From: Dehalococcoidia bacterium
GTDB taxonomy: Bacteria; Chloroflexota; Dehalococcoidia; Lucifugimonadales; UBA2985
Direction of reading: 5' to 3'
Assembly (NCBI GenBank): GCA_965261605.1
Contig: OZ253466.1
Location: forward strand, 2,208,819 to 2,272,818
DNA: 64,000 nucleotides
A program made the translations under genes and the position numbers. The notes under the pieces were generated by a model. That model ran no database searches. It saw nothing but the letters and a program-made list of their open reading frames with translations, and was not told where the DNA came from. Shown here one piece after another: positions 58,462 through 64,000 of the stretch (its first letter is position 1; every line of letters starts with the position of its first letter).

Positions 58462-59025
58462 CTAGGGCGTCACCTCAAATGTACCGTGCATGGTGGCGTT
58501 GTGGCCTGGGAATGTGCACACGAACTGGTATGTCCCTGCTGCGGGGGCCGTAAACGTGACCTGCCCCGATTCCCCCGGGTCGAGCAACGGAATGCTCGCA
58601 ATTACGTTGGGATCGTCCGGCTGGAGCCAGTCGGTGGTTGACGCTGACACTCCGGCAAGGGCTACGTCGTCCTTGGTGCCGTTCTGCACCAGGACCCAGT
58701 TGTGCTGCTGTGTGATGGCGTTGTTGGTGTAGGTTACGGTCACGGTTGAGCTGGCGCCGGCCGTGAGTGACTCCGTGCCGAAGACCAGGTCGTCGCTGTT
58801 GACGGAACCCAGCGAAAGGGATACGCCGTCCCCTGTAGGGGCGCTGGGAGTCTCCACCATGGGTGGGGATGTGGGGGTGGGCTCGACCATCGCCGGAGTC
58901 GTGGCCGTGGGCGATGGGGTAGAAGTAGGCGCTTTGGTGGGTTCCGGCTCGCTGCCTCCCCCACAGGCTAAGCCCACAATGGCGATTATCGCTATTCCAA
59001 AATACAAGAACCACTGCTTCTTCAT
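58462..59025 (-). CDS. blue-copper (cupredoxin) lipoprotein, azurin/auracyanin-like
   Basis: Lipobox GLACGG and a Pro/Thr linker. The Cu ligands are HNWVL...CTFPGHNATMHG (His, Cys, His, Met). Confidence 0.78.
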   Translation of the reverse strand: MKKQWFLYFGIAIIAIVGLACGGGSEPEPTKAPTSTPSPTATTPAMVEPTPTSPPMVETPSAPTGDGVSLSLGSVNSDDLVFGTESLTAGASSTVTVTYTNNAITQQHNWVLVQNGTKDDVALAGVSASTTDWLQPDDPNVIASIPLLDPGESGQVTFTAPAAGTYQFVCTFPGHNATMHGTFEVTP

Positions 59026-59182
59026 TTTTCCTCCCGAATGGATACTGCTTACAACCTCAATCCGTCTTCACTGGTGAATCCCAGGCTCGATTGGCAAGAC
59101 TAAATTTTATCATAGGGGATATGTTTGTTCAAGTATTCACAATCTTTTCTGCCCATCCTTCAGGCGGCGCCGTTTTGTTGAC

Positions 59183-59929
59183 ATGCCAGATTCGTCTCCC
59201 TACAATAGCAGCCACACGAGAGCTAATATGACAGTTGTTCATCAGCTATACGACCTTCTGGTCGTTGACGAGGACATAGACAGACATAACCAGACTATCG
59301 CATCCCTGGATGCGGCTCTGGCGGACACACAGCGGCTTGTCCAGACCCGGCAGGCAGTGGAGGAGGCCAGGGGAACACTTAGGAAGCAGCAGGCGGAGCG
59401 CAGGGACTTGGAGATGACCGTTGAGGCCTCCCAAAGCAAGGCTGGCGAGGTGGAAGTTAAGCTCTACGGCGGGACCGTTCGCAATCCACGAGAGCTGGAG
59501 GATTTACAAACCGAGCTGAACCTCCTCCGAGAACGGCAGAAGAGGCACGAGGATACCCTGCTCCAGAGCCTGGAGGTAGTAGAGGAAGCCGAGGGCAGTC
59601 TGGGAGCGCTGGAAACCACTCTTGAAGAGATGGAGTCTTCCTGGCAGCAGGATGAGGCGCGCATGCTGGCCGAGAGGTCGAACCTACAGAAAGGTCTGGC
59701 CCAGTTGCAGAAGAAGCGCGATGGTATGTCAGCTCTCGTAAGCCCCGCCCATCTGAGCCTATACGATACCCTTCGCTCCACGCGCCAAGGGCTTGCGGTG
59801 GTTAAAGTGGAGAGAGGTAGTTGCCAGGGTTGCCGCATAACCCTGCCAACCAGGGTGGTGCAGCAGGCCCGCACATCGCCGGAGCCTGTCAAGTGCCCCA
59901 GCTGCAGCCGGATACTGTATGTAAGCTGA
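59183..59929 (+). CDS. COG1579-type coiled-coil plus C4 zinc-ribbon protein
   Basis: A long coiled coil ends in CQGCRITLP...VKCPSCSRILY. The start may instead be at MTVVHQLYDL (59228). Confidence 0.65.
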   Translation: MPDSSPYNSSHTRANMTVVHQLYDLLVVDEDIDRHNQTIASLDAALADTQRLVQTRQAVEEARGTLRKQQAERRDLEMTVEASQSKAGEVEVKLYGGTVRNPRELEDLQTELNLLRERQKRHEDTLLQSLEVVEEAEGSLGALETTLEEMESSWQQDEARMLAERSNLQKGLAQLQKKRDGMSALVSPAHLSLYDTLRSTRQGLAVVKVERGSCQGCRITLPTRVVQQARTSPEPVKCPSCSRILYVS

Positions 59930-59935
59930 TCATCA

Positions 59936-61288
59936 ATGAAGGCCATCGGTTATTTCGTTGTCCGAAATGGAGATCAGGAGCAAGCCGACTTACTCGAGGC
60001 CTTCTCCAATCATTGCCAGCGTAACGGACACCAACCCGTGGAGACCTTTGTGGAGTGGGAGGGGGTGGAGAACGGGCGACCCCAGTACGGGAATATGCTT
60101 GACTATATGAAGAGGTCCGGCTCGGAGTTCCTGGTGGTTACCGCAGGCGTGCAGCACCTCGGAGACACGTTGGAGTCCTCCGTACGCCGGTTGCTGGAGA
60201 TGGATGTCCTCGGCTCCAGGGTCGTCTGCATTGATGAGGATATGCCTGATCCCTATCAGCAAGCTCTCAAGCACTGGCCCGGTGACGGGGGCGCCAGAGG
60301 GCAGCGCATAAAAGAGGCCATGATGGCCAAGGCATTCCGAGGGGAGGGGCTGGGCAAGCCCCCCAATGGTTACAGGATAGGGTCTCAGGGCAAGCTGGAG
60401 GTAATACCTGAAGAGGCGGCTACTGTGCGCCTGATTTATGATCTCTACCTCCGTGAGGACATTGGTATGAGGCGCATAGTTCGTCACCTGAACGAGAGGG
60501 AAGTACCCACTCGCGGCGGAGGCGGCTGGAGCATAGTCACGGTCAGAGATGTCCTCCGCAACCGCGTTTATCTGGGCACCTACTCCAGATTCGGCACGAG
60601 GGTGCCCCGCAGCCATACGGCGATAATCAACCCTGAGGACTTTGAGATGGCTCAACAGAAGATGACGCGAATGAAGACCAATCGGGTATCACGCGCCCCG
60701 GAGCCGTTTCTCCTGTCCGGCTTGGCCTTTTGCGCCTTCTGCGGCAACAAGATGTTGGGGGTGAGCCGGCGTCAGGGGTGGCGTCGAAAGGACGGCTCCA
60801 GCGCTGTAGGGCATTACCGGTATTACCAGTGCCAGTCTCGAACGAACCAGGGCATGTGCCGCTACCACACCTGGCGTTCCGAAGCCCTTGAGGAGTATGT
60901 GCTGGAGAAGGTCAGGGATGCCTTGGAGAGTGGAAAGACAAGGCTTCAGCCGGTTGATTATCAACCCAATGCCAAGGCAGCAAAGGGCGTGAAGCTCCTT
61001 GAGACGCAGTTTCTGAGGACACTGGAGAGGGCCGCCTCCGGAGCCATATCCCTGAAACATCTCAGGCTGGGTCTTGAGGAAATAGATGCGCAGAGAGAGG
61101 CGCTGAAGAAGGATTCTGCGCCTCACCCGGACCTGACTGACGCCATCGCCGGCGGGGATGCGTCCCGCCTGCTGAGCAATTGGGACTCGCTGGACAGGGA
61201 TGCCATCGGCCACATTATTCGCGCCATGGTATCCAGGGTATCGGTGGGAGACGACTCTGATCATGTAATGTTGACACTGAAGGAGTGA
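59936..61288 (+). CDS. large serine-recombinase-like protein whose resolvase domain lacks the catalytic Ser/Arg residues
   Basis: The Recombinase domain (GKPPNGYRIG...AATVRLIYDLY...GMRRIVRHLNE...WSIVTVRDVLRNRVYLG) and zinc-ribbon (CAFCGNKM...YYQCQ) are intact. The N-terminal YARVST-type motif reads YFVVRNGDQEQ, and the DRLsR motif reads QHLGD. Confidence 0.7.
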   Translation: MKAIGYFVVRNGDQEQADLLEAFSNHCQRNGHQPVETFVEWEGVENGRPQYGNMLDYMKRSGSEFLVVTAGVQHLGDTLESSVRRLLEMDVLGSRVVCIDEDMPDPYQQALKHWPGDGGARGQRIKEAMMAKAFRGEGLGKPPNGYRIGSQGKLEVIPEEAATVRLIYDLYLREDIGMRRIVRHLNEREVPTRGGGGWSIVTVRDVLRNRVYLGTYSRFGTRVPRSHTAIINPEDFEMAQQKMTRMKTNRVSRAPEPFLLSGLAFCAFCGNKMLGVSRRQGWRRKDGSSAVGHYRYYQCQSRTNQGMCRYHTWRSEALEEYVLEKVRDALESGKTRLQPVDYQPNAKAAKGVKLLETQFLRTLERAASGAISLKHLRLGLEEIDAQREALKKDSAPHPDLTDAIAGGDASRLLSNWDSLDRDAIGHIIRAMVSRVSVGDDSDHVMLTLKE

Positions 61289-61291
61289 GCA

Positions 61292-61708
61292 ATGATCGAA
61301 TTTACCGATGAGATGCGTGAAGCAATCGACAACGCCCTGGCAAATGGGACGCCCTGCATTGTGGGCACAGCCTCCGCCGGCGGGGACCCGAATCTAGGGT
61401 TCAAGGGCAGCGTAATGGCCCTCGACGGTAGCCGCCTGGCGTATTGGGAGCGCAGCATGCGCACGATTCTGGAGCACATCGAAGAGAACCCCAAGGTTGT
61501 GGTGATGTACAGGGATCCGGCCAGAAGACTGGCCTGGCGGCTCTACGGCGATGTAACAGTGTATCGCGACGGGTCGGTCCGGGACGAGGTAATGGCTAGG
61601 GTAGTGCAGCCGGAGTTGGACAGGGACCCGGAGCGCCAGGGATTCGCTGTGGTCATAGACGTGGAGCGCATAACCACGCTGGGCGCGGATGTTGTTCAGG
61701 AGAGGTAG
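61292..61708 (+). CDS. pyridoxamine 5'-phosphate oxidase-family (FMN/F420-binding split-barrel) protein
   Basis: 138 aa; the sequence reads MREAIDNALANGTPCIVGTASAGGDPNLGFKGS...NPKVVVMY. Confidence 0.65.
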   Translation: MIEFTDEMREAIDNALANGTPCIVGTASAGGDPNLGFKGSVMALDGSRLAYWERSMRTILEHIEENPKVVVMYRDPARRLAWRLYGDVTVYRDGSVRDEVMARVVQPELDRDPERQGFAVVIDVERITTLGADVVQER

Positions 61709-61758
61709 GCCATCGCTTTTGACCCTGGCAGCCGCCGGTGTTAAACTGGAGTAGAGTT

Positions 61759-62111
61759 GATAGGCAGGCTGGGCGATCGCCCTGACGTAGTCGGGGAGGA
61801 AAGTCCGAGCTCCACAGGGCAGGGTGCTGGCTAACGGCCAGGCGGGGTAACCCGACAGAAAGTGCCACAGAAAATATACCGCCCTGATTTATCGGGGTAA
61901 GGTTGAAATGGCGAGGTAAGAGCTCACCGCTCCGATGGCGACACCGGAGGCATGGTAAACCTCACTCGGTGCAAGGCCTAATAGGGGGACTGAGGGTGCC
62001 CGTCCCGTCCCCGGGTTGGCCGCTAGAGGCTTTGAGTAATTGAAGTCCCAGATAGATGATCGCCGTCCCGATATTTCGGGATACAGGACTCGGCTTACAG
62101 GCCTGCCTATC
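61759..62111 (+). ncRNA. rnpB: RNase P RNA, bacterial class A
   Basis: Conserved blocks GGAGGAAAGTCCGAGCTCCACAGGGCAGGGTGCTGGCTAACGGCCAG, GAAAGTGCCACAGAAAA and ACAGGACTCGGCTTACAG are present. The P1 helix GATAGGCAGGC / GCCTGCCTATC defines the ends. Confidence 0.9.
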
Positions 62112-62183
62112 AGCGCCATGCCGGTCTGCTTGTACCCTGGACCTCCTAACGTCCGACGCTTTACTGACTAGGGGGCGCTTCAA

Positions 62184-62981
62184 GTGCTTTACGACGACCC
62201 ACTGAGCAGCGAGATTGTTCTGAAGGCCCTGCGCACGTCCATACTGGGCAGCCGAGTAGACTTCTTCCCAACCACAACCTCAACTATGGACGAAGCGAGG
62301 AGGGCGGCTCTGGCCGGCGCTCCGGAGGGTACGCTGGCGCTTGCGGAAGAGCAGACACAAGGGCGCGGGCGCTTTCAGCGGACCTGGGTCTCGCCGCCAG
62401 GGGCGAACCTGCTCTTCTCACTGGTTCTGCGCCCCGGCTTGGAGGCGTCCTCACAGCTTAGCATGATGTCCTCGTTGGCCCTTGCCACAGCGCTCGGCAG
62501 ACTTGTGCCGTCGCCCTCGCAGGTCTCGATCAAGTGGCCCAACGACGTTCGCGTCGGCGGCAGGAAAATAGGGGGCATCCTCATAGAAGGGTCCGCGGCG
62601 TCGTCGGAGGGTTCCAAGGGGTTTGCCATTGTCGGTATGGGGGTCAACGTCAACTTCGATCCCGGCGATTACCCGGAGATTAGGGATATTGCCACCAGTC
62701 TCAGGCGGGAGCTGGGACATCCATTCCCGCGCCTGGACCTTCTTACAGCCGTTCTGGAGGAGATGGAGTCGCTTTACGTTGGCATTACGAAGGGCGACCC
62801 AGTCAGGGAGCGGTGGGCGTCACTGCTTGACACGGTAGGCCGCCGCATACAGGTAGCTTCAGGGGATGCGGTGTACGAGGGATACGCTGAAGGGGTGGAC
62901 GATGACGGGAGCCTGCTCATGCGCAGGGACGACGGCTCCGTCCAGGTCCTGGCGGCAGGCGAGGTGACGCTGCACCTGTGA
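62184..62981 (+). CDS. birA: biotin--[acetyl-CoA-carboxylase] ligase (group I, no HTH)
   Basis: The sequence reads AEEQTQGRGRFQRTWVSPPGANLLFSLVL...KWPNDV...GKIGGILIE. It has a GTG start. Confidence 0.87.
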   Translation: MLYDDPLSSEIVLKALRTSILGSRVDFFPTTTSTMDEARRAALAGAPEGTLALAEEQTQGRGRFQRTWVSPPGANLLFSLVLRPGLEASSQLSMMSSLALATALGRLVPSPSQVSIKWPNDVRVGGRKIGGILIEGSAASSEGSKGFAIVGMGVNVNFDPGDYPEIRDIATSLRRELGHPFPRLDLLTAVLEEMESLYVGITKGDPVRERWASLLDTVGRRIQVASGDAVYEGYAEGVDDDGSLLMRRDDGSVQVLAAGEVTLHL

Positions 62982-63007
62982 CCTAGGCCTTGCCACACGA
63001 CTCACGG

Positions 63008-64000
63008 CTACGCCGGAGTCAGGCGGTAGACGCCTTCATTGCGGGAGAGGACGTACAGGTTGCCCTCCGAGTCCTCTGCAAATGATGTAATGAGGAGATC
63101 CGACTCGACAAGCAGCGCCTGCTCCGTCACCAACTGGCCGTCGTAGATAAGGCCCCATATCCTGCCTGAGCAGTAGTCTCCGTACACATAGACGCCCTTG
63201 AGAGACGGTATCTCCTCGCCGCGATAGACGTACCCGCCGGTGATGGAGCAGCCGTCGGAGCGGCCGTACTCCGCCACGGGCGCCACCAGCCCGGAGGAGT
63301 CGCAGCCCGTGCGTGGGGAGAAGCAGTAGCTTCCCTCCGTGACGTTCCAGCCATAGTTCATCCCCTGGGTTATCAGGTCAACCTCCTCCCACTTGTTTTG
63401 TCCCACGTCACCCGTCCAGAGCGCGCCCGTCTCCATGTCGAAGGAGAAGCGCCAGGGGTTGCGCAGCCCGTACGCCCATATCTCACCCCGCGCGCCTTCG
63501 ACTCCGGCGAATGGGTTGTCGCGTGGTATGACGTAAGGGAGATCAGGGACGGCGTCCCCCACGTCGATTCGAAGGATGGAGCCCAGCAGCGTACCCAGGT
63601 TCTGGCCGTTGCCCCTTGGGTCGCCGCCGCTGCCGCCGTCTCCCAGGCCAACGTATAGATAGCCGTCCGGGCCGAAGGCAAGCTGGCCGCCGTTGTGGTT
63701 ACCGTAGGGCTGTGGTATCTCCATGAGGACAAGCTCGCTGTCCGGGTCGGCCGCGCGAAGGTTGTCATCGCTGACGGTGAATCGAGATAGAACGGAGCGT
63801 CGAGGCGATGCTGCGGAGTAGTAGACGTAGAGATGGCCGGTGGCGGCGTAGTCGGGGTCGAAGGCCAGGCCCAGCAGACCCTCCTCGTTGTTGTCCTCGC
63901 TCACCATGTCCCGGATGTCCAGGAACACGGAGGCCTCGGCTGCGTCCGGGTCGTTGGGGAACACGCGGACAACCCCGGCCTGCTCGGTTGCGAAGAAGAG
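63008..64000 (-). CDS. PQQ-dependent sugar (glucose/sorbosone) dehydrogenase-family beta-propeller; the N-terminus lies outside the window
   Basis: The sequence reads EEGLLGLAFDP...HNGGQLAFGPDGYLYVGLGDGG...GLRNPWRFSFD. The frame stays open through the window end (…LFFATEQAGVVRV). Confidence 0.78.
   Translation of the reverse strand, partial: LFFATEQAGVVRVFPNDPDAAEASVFLDIRDMVSEDNNEEGLLGLAFDPDYAATGHLYVYYSAASPRRSVLSRFTVSDDNLRAADPDSELVLMEIPQPYGNHNGGQLAFGPDGYLYVGLGDGGSGGDPRGNGQNLGTLLGSILRIDVGDAVPDLPYVIPRDNPFAGVEGARGEIWAYGLRNPWRFSFDMETGALWTGDVGQNKWEEVDLITQGMNYGWNVTEGSYCFSPRTGCDSSGLVAPVAEYGRSDGCSITGGYVYRGEEIPSLKGVYVYGDYCSGRIWGLIYDGQLVTEQALLVESDLLITSFAEDSEGNLYVLSRNEGVYRLTPA

Noticed and set aside
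61653-62183. Minus-strand ORFs of 71-76 aa.
   Set aside because: They overlap the RNase P RNA gene. I saw no coding evidence.

Overview
This is a 64-kb window from a GC-rich bacterial chromosome. An auracyanin/azurin-like cupredoxin, a GPP34-family protein and a 16S gene with no linked 23S would fit Chloroflexota, but I cannot test that guess here.

Layout:
1. 1-15.2 kb, ordinary core genes. These are an anti-sigma kinase fragment, a LivJ-like binding protein with a HAMP histidine kinase, DUF502, a family-5 ABC binding protein, Amt, cytochrome c, GPP34, a cupin with a 5'-nucleotidase, and a TlpA-like thiol-disulfide oxidoreductase. I read the last one as a selenoprotein (in-frame TGA at the WCxxC cysteine, with a SECIS-like hairpin).
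2. About 15.3-36.6 kb, an accessory island. It holds an IS1182-type transposase, a Zn-ribbon plus Ser/Thr kinase operon and a frameshifted IS4/IS5-like transposase. It also holds a roughly 12-kb Type I R-M operon (half-hsdS, hsdM, hsdS, hsdR, DUF45/M48 peptidase) packed with nested modules: a DUF4160/DUF2442 pair, hicAB, a TIR-like three-domain protein, MNT/HEPN, and a 283-aa unknown paired with a PIN protein. The island ends with an AlpA excisionase and a P4-type integrase.
3. The integrase abuts tRNA-Ala(UGC), which lies directly downstream of a 16S rRNA gene. No 23S or 5S is present anywhere in the window.
4. tRNA-Thr, tRNA-Tyr, tRNA-Thr, then tuf-rpmG-secE-nusG-rplKAJL, with no rpoBC following.
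5. 45-64 kb, housekeeping genes. These are radC, rhomboid, a TreT-like glycosyltransferase, hflKC, a decayed methyltransferase pseudogene, an HDAC/AcuC-like gene, ftsZ, DUF971, larB, a cupredoxin, a COG1579 Zn-ribbon protein, a serine-recombinase-like protein lacking the catalytic Ser, PPOX, RNase P RNA, birA, and a partial PQQ-dependent dehydrogenase.

The best candidate for an undescribed system is the hsdS to hsdR interval (26.3-29.7 kb). Three accessory cassettes sit there, and each is followed by its own copy of the hsdR 5' end. The first cassette is a TIR-like effector whose start codon overlaps the hsdS stop codon. No CRISPR array was seen. Every functional call rests on motif recognition by eye and needs HMM or BLAST confirmation.
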